Positions 9,331-18,439 of a stretch of DNA of 24,000 bases are shown here, piece after piece. The stretch lies in contig OZ242051.1 in the NCBI GenBank assembly GCA_965205255.1, positions 2,067,504 through 2,091,503 of the forward strand. Reading direction: 5' to 3'. Both the position numbers and the translations under genes were made by a program. A model generated the notes under the pieces. That model saw only the letters and a program-made list of their open reading frames with translations, ran no database searches and was not told where the DNA came from. Positions within the stretch are counted from its first letter, which is position 1. Every line of letters starts with the position of its first letter. The DNA comes from Pseudomonadales bacterium. GTDB taxonomy: Bacteria; Pseudomonadota; Gammaproteobacteria; Pseudomonadales; Endozoicomonadaceae.

Positions 9331-9451
9331 TACAATACTTCGGATAGTTTTTGACTCATTATCTACCACTGGTTATCTGCTGTTCGTGTTGTTGAACTAA
9401 CAGAAAATATTGATGATAAACAATGAATCAATAACTGTCCGAAGTATTGTA
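9331..9451. mobile_element. Family-2 MITE-like element, complete (121 bp)
   Basis: 30-bp terminal inverted repeats: TACAATACTTCGGATAGTTTTTGACTCATT (9331-9360), and the reverse complement of 9422-9451 (TACAATACTTCGGACAGTTATTGATTCATT), matching at 27 of 30 positions. The interior is also roughly palindromic. No ORF. Confidence 0.8.
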
Positions 9452-9473
9452 CTAAGGTAGGATGAAATAATTA

Positions 9474-9627
9474 AATTTGTTGACAATGCTTATGCGCAAC
9501 TTTTCTGATGTTGCTGTTAAGGGTTGAAGCTTATCACATAGATAGCTATTACTCGTTACTTTGCCTTTAATAGCAAGCCATTAAAGAATATTCATAACAG
9601 TAGTTAGAAACAGGTTTTGGTATAATA
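9474..9627 (+). mobile_element. Family-1 MITE-like repeat (left terminus degenerate or displaced)
   Basis: 9489-9627 aligns with 17708-17850 and 11041-11152. The right terminus AGTAGTTAGAAACAGGTTTTGGTATAATA is the reverse complement of the family left terminus. Confidence 0.8.
9618..9626 (+). promoter_or_regulatory. Outward-facing extended -10 element within the repeat terminus
   Basis: TGGTATAAT is an exact TGnTATAAT. It lies 90 nt upstream of the ATG at 9716 on the same strand. Confidence 0.35.
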
Positions 9628-9715
9628 ATGAATTTTCAGACGGTCTCATAGTATCGGATTTTATTTGACTGATGATATATTTATGATTATCCGAAGAATC
9701 GGAGGAGATCTTTTT

Positions 9716-10219
9716 ATGCAAGAGATAATCGTAAATGATAAAATGCAACAGGGGTATGTTTATCTTTTAACGGAACCTGTAGGAGAAAATTTTCAATTTA
9801 ACTTTCAGCCTGAACTTACGCCAAAAGAAATGCTGGAACTTGGAGTTTTCGGAGGGAAGTATTTAACAGATTGCCAGAATGAATTTCTTGAAGAATGGTT
9901 TATTAATGCAAAACTAAGCCCTGAAAAGAAAGATATATCATTAAACTATTTTGGTGTTGACGCTTCACAACCACTAAAAGAATGGATTAGAAAAGGCTGG
10001 ATAAATCATCAAGATCCCAGAGGTTGGTTTCAATGGTATTGCAGATACTATATGGGTCGCAGAACTGAAGAAGAGGATAATCGCCAAATCAGGCGTTGGT
10101 CTGCATTTCGTCGCCATATTGGTGCTATTAAAAAATACTGTGAGCCATTTGACTATAGTTGCCGCAAAAAACAACGCCAGGCACTTTTACACTGGGCTTA
10201 TGATTCAAGAAATATTTAA
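9716..10219 (+). CDS. Hypothetical protein (167 aa), Trp/Arg-rich C-terminal region
   Basis: Long ORF. I prefer the ATG at 9716 because of the SD GGAGGAG 8 nt upstream; the track start at 9665 has no SD. Distinctive motifs DPRGWFQWYCRYYMGRR and RQIRRWSAFRRH. I could not place the family. Confidence 0.7.
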   Translation: MQEIIVNDKMQQGYVYLLTEPVGENFQFNFQPELTPKEMLELGVFGGKYLTDCQNEFLEEWFINAKLSPEKKDISLNYFGVDASQPLKEWIRKGWINHQDPRGWFQWYCRYYMGRRTEEEDNRQIRRWSAFRRHIGAIKKYCEPFDYSCRKKQRQALLHWAYDSRNI

Positions 10220-10364
10220 AAATTAGTCCGAACACAATGATAAAACCTGGGTTATTCTGGATTTAAACAATAAATGCAATACGACTTACCTAGTCGGCCT
10301 TGCAAACACCTTGAAAGTGGTTGCTTATACTGAGGTAGTCCTGCCAGAAAAATCAGAGAACTCA

Positions 10365-10388
10365 CCCTTGAAGAGCAAGGGCTTTTTG
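10365..10388 (+). terminator. Rho-independent terminator
   Basis: CCCTTG (10365-10370), loop AAGAG, CAAGGG (10376-10381), then CTTTTTG. It lies 145 nt downstream of the stop at 10219. Confidence 0.6.
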
Positions 10389-10648
10389 CGATACAGTCTG
10401 AAACTTACATTAACCTTAAAAAATGAACACTTTTCTATTGATAAAATCTGCTCAGATAAAAACAATAAGCAATGTTAAAACAATAAGTTACATACTAATG
10501 CGTGAATAATGCAAAATAAAACTTATTTTTTTTCCAATATGCGATATAATTTTCGCTATTTTCTTGGTAGAACAAGGTAATGGGTAAGATAACTCCTGAC
10601 CTGTTCGGCCATAAGTTCATATATTTACATTAATCAGGAGTTGTTAAA

Positions 10649-10912
10649 GTGGCAAATTCACCTTCAGCAAAAAAGCGCGCACGTCAGGCTGTTGTGCGTC
10701 GTTCACGCAATGCAAGTCAACGTTCATTGGTTCGCACCATGATTAAAAAGGTTCTTGCGGCTATTGAAACCAAAGATGTAGAGGCGGCTAAAGTTGCCTA
10801 TATTGCAGCTGTTCCTGTCATTGACCGCATGGTTAACAAAAACATCATTCATAAAAACAAGGCCGCTCGTCATAAAAGTCACCTGAATAATCAAATTAAA
10901 TCGCTAGCATAA
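10649..10912 (+). CDS. rpsT: 30S ribosomal protein S20
   Basis: (V)[12 protein letters not shown]... is the canonical S20 N-terminus. GTG start with SD CAGGAG; non-ATG starts are typical for rpsT. Confidence 0.95.
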   Translation: MANSPSAKKRARQAVVRRSRNASQRSLVRTMIKKVLAAIETKDVEAAKVAYIAAVPVIDRMVNKNIIHKNKAARHKSHLNNQIKSLA

Positions 10913-10946
10913 AACATAGACTAATTTACTGCTTAAAAAATTGGTA

Positions 10947-10970
10947 AGCCCCTTAATAAGGGGTTTTTTA
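10947..10970 (+). terminator. Rho-independent terminator after rpsT
   Basis: CCCCTT (10949-10954), AATA, AGGGG (10959-10963), then TTTTTT. Confidence 0.75.
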
Positions 10971-11016
10971 TCTAAAAAAACTAAAGAGTGGTTGGTACTA
11001 TGGAAGAATTTGCAAC

Positions 11017-11152
11017 TAATACCAGAACTTGCTTCTAGCTTCCTATTGCGCTAATTTTCTAATCTTTCTGTTTTGACTATTACTCGTCACTTTTCCTTTA
11101 ACAGCAAGCGACAAAAGCATGCTAAAAACAGTAGTTAGAAACGGGTATTGAT
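11017..11152 (+). mobile_element. Family-1 MITE-like repeat, short variant (about 136 bp, internal deletion)
   Basis: Left end TAATACCAGAACTTGCTTCTAGCTTCCTATTGCGC and right end AACAGTAGTTAGAAACGGGTATTGATATAA. It lacks about 27 bp of the centre relative to 17688-17850. It sits between the rpsT terminator and the emrB-like stop codon, 5 bp from the latter. Confidence 0.8.
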
Positions 11153-11157
11153 ATAAA

Positions 11158-12729
11158 CTAATTTGCAGAGGAATTATTTTTCTTTTTAAAATCATAAAAC
11201 ATTACCATAGAAACTGCACAAAATACCAAAGTAATACCAAGCAGGAAATACACTGTATTAAAGGCGATGATAACACCGTTTTTTTCAAGTTGCTGATGAA
11301 GTAATATGTGTGCCTGTTGTGAGGCTGTATAAGCGTCTGAACCATTTTGCATAAGCATCTGTTTATAGTTAAATAACCGCCACCAGCCAGCCAGATTTGT
11401 CGATGATAAACGCTCAGATATAATCCCTGCATTTACATTGCCACCAGTTGTAATAAGCGTGGTAATAAAAGCAATGCCAAAAGCACCACCCAAATTTCGT
11501 ACAACGCTGGTAATAGATGATGCGGCAGCCATATCGCTTCGCTGCATATCCTCAAAGATCACTGACGAAAGTGGAACCATGACAAAAGGTAGGGCAATTC
11601 CCCGAATAATCATGCTAATTTCTGTCTGAGGGCCAGAAAAATTATATGACATATAAGCACTGAAAAAACAACTAAAGGCAAGTAACAAGTATCCGATAGC
11701 CACCATGACCCGTTTATCAATATATTTGCTGACTATGGGAATAACCGGCATCAATATCAGTTGTGGTAATCCTTGCCAACATATCACCTTTCCTACCTGA
11801 AATGCTGAATATCCCTGTATTTCAATTAAATACAAGGGCACAATAAAAACGGAACCATACAAGGTAACTCCCAGAAAAAAATAACCAATAGTCCCAATAC
11901 CAAACTTACGTTTAAATAATATCCTTATATGCAACAAAGGGTGTTCACTGTAGAAATCATTGATAAAAAAAAGTATCAGTGATACAAATGAAATAACGGA
12001 AAGCATCAGAATGTAAGACGATGAAAACCAATTATAGGTACTGCCATTTTCAAGAACATATTCCAATACGCCTAAGCCGAGAGCCATAGTGATAACGGAA
12101 AATATATCAATCTGTCTCATCGCTTGTTTATTAACCGGTTCGCTATCCATTGTTTTTAGCAACAGGTAGATAACAATAATTCCAGGGATTACATTTATGT
12201 AAAAAAGATATTCCCACGAAAAGTTATCTGTTAGCCATCCTCCCAAGGTGGGACCAATAGTTGGAGCAAAGGTTGCTGTAACACCAAACAGTGCCATGCC
12301 GACCATTCGCTTACTTTCAGGTAAGGAGCTTGTCACCATTAATAATGCTAATGGAATAAGAGGAGCACTGGAAAAACCCTGTATTGCTCGAAAAACAACC
12401 ATAGAGGCAAGGTTCCACGATATTGAACAGGCTAAAGAAGACAATACAAAAATAACGGTAGTAATAATTAACAAACGACGCATGGAAAGCCACCTCACCA
12501 ACCATGCCGTGATAGGAATGCAAATCATCTCCGCCACAAGATATGCTGTGGCAATGTTATTACTTTTACTTAACGAAATAGATAATGAACCGGCAATCTC
12601 ACGAATAGATGAGTTGGTGATTTGAATATCCAAGATTGCCATAAAAGCACCCAAAATGGTTGTTAGGATCGCCAACCACAAACGTAAGGGCACATAGTCT
12701 GAAGATGAAGGATTTGGTGTAGATTGCAT
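11158..12729 (-). CDS. emrB: MFS DHA2-family (EmrB/QacA type, 14-TMS) multidrug efflux permease
   Basis: 523 aa with about 14 hydrophobic segments. EmrB-like N-terminus (LAILTTILGAFMAILDIQITNSSI) and a motif-C-like GPTLGGWLTD. It lies directly downstream of an EmrA-like gene. Orthology to E. coli emrB is inferred from family and gene order only. Confidence 0.85.
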   Translation of the reverse strand: MQSTPNPSSSDYVPLRLWLAILTTILGAFMAILDIQITNSSIREIAGSLSISLSKSNNIATAYLVAEMICIPITAWLVRWLSMRRLLIITTVIFVLSSLACSISWNLASMVVFRAIQGFSSAPLIPLALLMVTSSLPESKRMVGMALFGVTATFAPTIGPTLGGWLTDNFSWEYLFYINVIPGIIVIYLLLKTMDSEPVNKQAMRQIDIFSVITMALGLGVLEYVLENGSTYNWFSSSYILMLSVISFVSLILFFINDFYSEHPLLHIRILFKRKFGIGTIGYFFLGVTLYGSVFIVPLYLIEIQGYSAFQVGKVICWQGLPQLILMPVIPIVSKYIDKRVMVAIGYLLLAFSCFFSAYMSYNFSGPQTEISMIIRGIALPFVMVPLSSVIFEDMQRSDMAAASSITSVVRNLGGAFGIAFITTLITTGGNVNAGIISERLSSTNLAGWWRLFNYKQMLMQNGSDAYTASQQAHILLHQQLEKNGVIIAFNTVYFLLGITLVFCAVSMVMFYDFKKKNNSSAN

Positions 12730-12764
12730 CGTTTCCCTCGCCTATTGAATTACCCGTTCAGCCA

Positions 12765-13799
12765 TCATTTTGTTGAGTGGGTATCAACTACCACTTCTAC
12801 CGACAAGCCTGGATACAACTTGTTTCTTAACGCAATATCACTCGTTATTTTAATTTTTACAGAAAAACGCTGTACCACTTTAGTAAAATTACCTGTGGCG
12901 TTATCTTGGGGCAATAACGCAAACTCGGAACCAGAACCTGGTGAAATGCTTTCTATAACACCTTTTATTGCCTTATCTCCATAAGCATCTACATAAATAG
13001 TCACCGGCTGACCTAACCGAATGTTTTTTAGTTGAGTTTCTTTAAAATTGGCTATAACCCAAAGATCATTGAGTGGAACAAGGCTAAATAATGGCATTCC
13101 GGGTGAAACATTCATTCCTTTTTCAGCACTTCTGTTTGTGATAATCCCATCCTGAGGCGCCTTGACTATGGAATAAGAACGATTCAGTTTTGCCTGATTT
13201 AGAGATGCCTGCGCCTCAGCTATAGAGGCTTGTGCCTGCTTGATCTGCGCATCAGTAAAGTAGACCTGATCCTGTGCTGATTTGTAGCTGGCATTGACTG
13301 CATTTAACGCAGCTTTATCTGATTTCACCGTTTGGTTAATTTCATCAAATTGAGCTTGCGAGGCATAGTTATTATTAATTAGTAAGGCAATACGTTTTTG
13401 ATTTAACATGTCATTTTCAAGCTTTGCTTTAGCCTGAGCTATTTTTGCTTTGGCCTGGGCTATATTATCCTGATCTAACTGTCGTTTAGCATCAAGACTT
13501 ATCAATTGTGCTTTTTGTTGTTTCAAGCCTGCCAGAGCTTTATTTTCAAGTACTTTAAAACCATTGTCATCCAGGGAGAAAAGTGGACTCCCTGCTTTTA
13601 TCATCATGTTATTTTTCGCATAAACTTCAACAATATGCCCTGACAGCCTGGAACTAATAGTAATAATATTACCTTTAACATAGGCGTCGTCAGTCTTTTG
13701 AAAATACTGTCCGTAGTAAAACCAGTACAAACCAAAAGCAACCCCGACACAAACAAGGATAATGGTTGTGATTGATAAGGCTTTCTGTTTTTTTGTCAC
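12765..13799 (-). CDS. emrA: HlyD-family membrane fusion protein (EmrA-like)
   Basis: N-terminal TM anchor, TDDAYVKGNIITISSRLSGHIVEV (biotinyl-lipoyl-like hairpin), a long coiled coil (QAKAKIAQAKAKL) and a C-terminal beta-barrel region. GTG start with a GAGAG SD. Confidence 0.85.
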   Translation of the reverse strand: MTKKQKALSITTIILVCVGVAFGLYWFYYGQYFQKTDDAYVKGNIITISSRLSGHIVEVYAKNNMMIKAGSPLFSLDDNGFKVLENKALAGLKQQKAQLISLDAKRQLDQDNIAQAKAKIAQAKAKLENDMLNQKRIALLINNNYASQAQFDEINQTVKSDKAALNAVNASYKSAQDQVYFTDAQIKQAQASIAEAQASLNQAKLNRSYSIVKAPQDGIITNRSAEKGMNVSPGMPLFSLVPLNDLWVIANFKETQLKNIRLGQPVTIYVDAYGDKAIKGVIESISPGSGSEFALLPQDNATGNFTKVVQRFSVKIKITSDIALRNKLYPGLSVEVVVDTHSTK

Positions 13800-13844
13800 T
13801 ATCTACTCTCAATCAATAGATTATATTTATCATAGCTTTTAATG

Positions 13845-13881
13845 GAAAAAATGCCTCACTTCCGTTTTATAGGGAGTGAGG
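13845..13881 (-). terminator. Rho-independent terminator after purA (hairpin flanked by T runs on both strands)
   Basis: 10-bp stem CCTCACTTCC (13854-13863) / GGGAGTGAGG (13872-13881) with an 8-nt loop. It is followed by T6 on the minus strand (plus-strand A run 13845-13850) and by TTTT on the plus strand. Confidence 0.7.
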
Positions 13882-13914
13882 TTTTGTATAAAGCCAAGAA
13901 AGCATCAATAAAAA

Positions 13915-15219
<1,305 letters not shown>

Positions 15220-15651
15220 TCATTTAAAACTTTATCGAAGCAGATACAGTACTCAAACGTCTATCAGCATACTCACTAACCAAAATATTCGTCGAGTCCA
15301 TCAGCTTACCTTTATTAATTACAATTATGATATGCCAGCGTCGAGGGTACAAAAACGTGATTATTTCCTCAAGTACCAAGAGAAAAAAACACAAATCCCA
15401 ACTTACGTCAAACGACATGACACTTCTTTTGCATAATTATATCAACACTTTTTTTGCCGGTCGTAAAAAAACCGAACGCTCATATTAACATACGCGTGCT
15501 CGGCCACCCTAATGCAAATAAGAAACTATAAATAATAAGGTAATTTTTTATGTTGTAAAATTTTAAATTTTTTTAAGTATGTCTGTTTGATTATATGAGT
15601 TTTCATAAAAAATCTTAAAAAATCAGCCTGTTGCACTTGTTAGTTTCATCC

Positions 15652-15673
15652 AGCCTGCACCAGGCTTTTTTTC
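15652..15673 (+). terminator. Candidate intrinsic terminator in the long purA-upstream spacer
   Basis: AGCCTG (15652-15657), loop CAC, CAGGCT (15661-15666), then TTTTTT. An upstream second copy of CAGCCTG (15624-15630) could pair alternatively with CAGGCT. Confidence 0.4.
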
Positions 15674-15747
15674 TACCGTTTTCTTACTAAGAAAAGAGGT
15701 CATCGCAGGCGTGTTAATACTGTTAAAATTAACCTCACTGTTAATCT

Positions 15748-15999
15748 GTGTATCTGATAAGTTTAATCTCACAAAGCACAGACAGAGTATCCACGTTTTC
15801 AGTGGCCGATGAGTTGGGTTTTATTAAAGCCACGTTTTATAATGCTGTCACTACAATAATGAGGATCTTTAATGCCTTCAGACTATCGCATTTCATGGAT
15901 GGTTTTTATGAACTTCCATTGTTAGGTGCAGGCCTTACTGAAAAAGATTTAAAGGCTCATAATATCATCGTCTTTTATGCCCTTGGAATTCAAAAATAG
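15748..15999 (+). CDS. Doubtful hypothetical ORF (83 codons, GTG start)
   Basis: It is the only ORF in an 880-bp spacer. There is no convincing SD and no recognisable family. It may be non-coding or a gene remnant. Confidence 0.2.
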   Translation: MYLISLISQSTDRVSTFSVADELGFIKATFYNAVTTIMRIFNAFRLSHFMDGFYELPLLGAGLTEKDLKAHNIIVFYALGIQK

Positions 16000-16092
16000 A
16001 AACTCAATTTTTAAGGTTTTTTACCACTAGCTGAAAAATGGTGTCTGAACGAATAAGTCTATTCATTTTAGCGATGGAATCCGTAGAAACTA

Positions 16093-16521
16093 TCAAGTGG
16101 TAAGGGGATAGCCATAGTTTCGCCACTGCTGAATACCACCATTCATACTAATGACATCATGATAACCCATTTTTTTCAGATTATCCGCTGCAAGAGCAGA
16201 GCGAAAACCACCTCCACAATAAAGAACTAATGACGTGTCTTTGTCCGGGTAAAGTCTTTCGATATCTCTTTCGATAACGCCTTTACTTAAATAAATAGCA
16301 TTAGGAATATGACCATTGATCCATTCACTTTCTTCTCGTACGTCAACAAGAATAAAACGTCTATCATCGTTCAACCACCGACTGACTTCATGGACATCTA
16401 TTTCAGTGATACGTGTTTTAGCATCTTGGACAAGAGCTAAAAATGCTGAATTGTGTTGCATAATATCATTTAAACCATAAATTAATATTGAGGATTTTAT
16501 ACAGTTTACTGTATAACTCAT
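16093..16521 (-). CDS. Single-domain rhodanese-like sulfurtransferase
   Basis: Active-site loop LYCGGGFRSA plus the C-terminal GGIQQW motif. I prefer the ATG at 16519-16521 (MSYTV...) because it forms an ATGA overlap with the upstream stop. The track start at 16551 would overlap the upstream gene by 34 nt. Confidence 0.85.
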   Translation of the reverse strand: MSYTVNCIKSSILIYGLNDIMQHNSAFLALVQDAKTRITEIDVHEVSRWLNDDRRFILVDVREESEWINGHIPNAIYLSKGVIERDIERLYPDKDTSLVLYCGGGFRSALAADNLKKMGYHDVISMNGGIQQWRNYGYPLTT

Positions 16522-17555
16522 GCGTGATAACGCATCCAGATCGGTAAGCACCTGTTAATATGTTGCATAAACTTCCACAAACCCACTGCATGCTCAATGT
16601 TTCCTAGCGGGTCTGTAACTTTGTTAGGATATGCGATACCAAACCCAAATAAACCAGGAGCAATAATGCCATTAGTATCATTATATTCTAACGGGTAATC
16701 AAAAGGGTGAATAGTAATAGTCGAATTAGGCTCAAACCCTATGGCATAAATTACTTTTGTACACTCCATAAGCTTTTCTTGCATGGAATCGCTATTGCAG
16801 AGCACACGCTCAATTCTGTCAGGACAGGCTCCATCAATATGCTTTTTTGCCCAATCTGCCGCTTTACCCTTTAGCCCTGTATTATCAAATAAGATATAGT
16901 CATCCATATCTATGGCATATTTTAAAGGATGCCTGTAAAAATTGATGATTTTTTTTACATCAGTGTTCATCAGGTTTTCAAGAACAACGATGGCTGAGTG
17001 TGAAGACCCAAATACTGCAACGGTATCATGTTTAAGATTTTGATTTTCAAGTAACTGATCATTTAAAGCTATTTCTGCAGAAATTTCAGGTAAGGGATGA
17101 CTTAACGATTTAGGATAACTACCTGTAGCTAGAATCACTTGTTTTGAAATAAGAACAGAATCCTCCAACTCAATATGCCAGTGCTGATTCTGCAAGGACA
17201 ATGCGCAAACTCGGCCATTGATACAATTAACCTGTTTTTTTAGTTGCTGGGTTATCCATTTCAATGGTTGTACAATATTTATAAGACGACAACTTTTTTC
17301 AATATCAAACTGGTTTACAGCAAAATAAGGTGCATTTTTATAGTTAAAAGACTTGCAAGCATTAAAAAAATTAATAAAGGTTTTTACTTTGGTATTACCG
17401 TTGACCCTATACCACTTCTTACCAAGCTCACCTATTGTAAACTCCGGATCAATCCACGAGATTGCGGTGTGAGGAACACCGGCATCTAACAACTTTCCGA
17501 TGGCAGCAATACCTGCTGGTCCTGCACCAATAATAACCCAGCCGTAATGATTCAT
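16518..17555 (-). CDS. FAD/NAD(P)-binding oxidoreductase (two-dinucleotide-binding-domain flavoprotein)
   Basis: N-terminal Rossmann motif VIIGAGPAGIAA and a second nucleotide-binding motif VAVFGSSHSAIV. The C-terminal YAIGFEPN is typical of the pyridine nucleotide-disulfide oxidoreductase superfamily. The exact subfamily was not recognised. Confidence 0.8.
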   Translation of the reverse strand: MNHYGWVIIGAGPAGIAAIGKLLDAGVPHTAISWIDPEFTIGELGKKWYRVNGNTKVKTFINFFNACKSFNYKNAPYFAVNQFDIEKSCRLINIVQPLKWITQQLKKQVNCINGRVCALSLQNQHWHIELEDSVLISKQVILATGSYPKSLSHPLPEISAEIALNDQLLENQNLKHDTVAVFGSSHSAIVVLENLMNTDVKKIINFYRHPLKYAIDMDDYILFDNTGLKGKAADWAKKHIDGACPDRIERVLCNSDSMQEKLMECTKVIYAIGFEPNSTITIHPFDYPLEYNDTNGIIAPGLFGFGIAYPNKVTDPLGNIEHAVGLWKFMQHINRCLPIWMRYHA

Positions 17556-17687
17556 TGTTTTTCCACTGATTATAAATAGGAATAATCAAATATTACTAAC
17601 ACAACCTTGGTTTGCGCAAGCTGAAAATTGTTTATCTGCTTTCAGTAAAAAAACTTTCTTTTAATGTTTTCTAAAAACACATGGGTA

Positions 17688-17850
17688 TAATACCAAAACC
17701 TGCTTCTGAGTTCTTATTGCGCCACTTTTTTGATCTTGCTGTTTTGAGTTGACATTCCTCGAAATAGCTAGGCTATTACTCATTACATCACCTTTTACAG
17801 CAAGCCATAAAAGCACGCTCATAACAGTAATTAGCAACAGATTTTAATAT
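17688..17850 (+). mobile_element. Family-1 MITE-like repeat, full length (163 bp; reference copy)
   Basis: Termini are ATACCAAAACCTGCTTCTGAGTT and TAATTAGCAACAGATTTTAATAT (inverted match of about 15 of 22). The whole left half is an imperfect reverse complement of the right half, for example CTTTTTTGATCTTGCTGT versus ACAGCAAGCCATAAAAG. No ORF. Confidence 0.85.
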
Positions 17851-17854
17851 AAAA

Positions 17855-18277
17855 TTATTTATATCTGAAGGTACTAACACTGCTTTCAAACAAGTTTTTG
17901 TTGGCAGAAGGACTATGTGAAAATAGCAAAAGACGTTTTGATGCTGCCTGAGCACGAAAACCATACCAGCGCAGGGTGAAGGTTGCTTTCCAGTTGTCTG
18001 GAGACCAATATACCAAATCAGATGAACCATTATCAGCTTTTAGATTACTACAACTGCATCTTTGATCATCATAATTTGTGAGAACACAGGAAGAAAAACT
18101 GTGATAATGTCTGCAATAGTCTTTAAATTTCGAAAATGCAGGAGCGCAATCTATTGTGCTTACTTCACCACTAACAAGAAGCTGTTGCTTAATACGTTCC
18201 AAGGAATCTTGGCACTTATTAGATGAGAAAGCTGAAATCGTGAAAAAAACAGTTATCAAAAATAGGTATTTAACCAT
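17855..18277 (-). CDS. Hypothetical secreted Cys-rich protein (140 aa)
   Basis: N-terminal signal-peptide-like segment MVKYLFLITVFFTISAFSS, six Cys in the mature part, and an extended -10-like TGGTAAAAT about 30 nt upstream. No family recognised. Confidence 0.6.
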   Translation of the reverse strand: MVKYLFLITVFFTISAFSSNKCQDSLERIKQQLLVSGEVSTIDCAPAFSKFKDYCRHYHSFSSCVLTNYDDQRCSCSNLKADNGSSDLVYWSPDNWKATFTLRWYGFRAQAASKRLLLFSHSPSANKNLFESSVSTFRYK

Positions 18278-18439
18278 TTATAAATTCTCTTTAAAATATT
18301 TTACCAACACCAAAAACAGAAAAATACACAAGGCATTGACCCAGAAAACCCCCGCAGCCTGACCTGAAGATATCTTTATGGATCAATGATAGTCGAGCAT
18401 GTGATTTTTTAAATAAGCGAAACCACTTAAACAGAAAGT

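Noticed and set aside
10120-10150. RRWSAFRRH in the 167-aa ORF as a possible HEPN Rx4-6H RNase motif.
   Set aside because: It is a loose pattern match in an Arg-rich segment, with no supporting partner gene such as a minimal nucleotidyltransferase or antitoxin. HEPN assignment needs profile or structure evidence that I cannot generate.
10214-10262. Family-2-like (TAGTCCGAA) and family-1-like (AAAACCTGGGTTAT) terminus fragments just after the stop at 10219.
   Set aside because: The matches are only 8-15 nt long and no interior homology follows. This is insufficient to call a repeat copy, so I mention it only as context in a finding.
13400-13470. DNA-level near-duplication inside emrA (GCTTTAGCCTGAGCTAT / GCTTTGGCCTGGGCTAT).
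   Set aside because: It encodes the in-frame coiled-coil repeat AQAKAKIAQAKAKL of the membrane fusion protein, so it is an ordinary heptad-like repeat and not a mobile or regulatory element.
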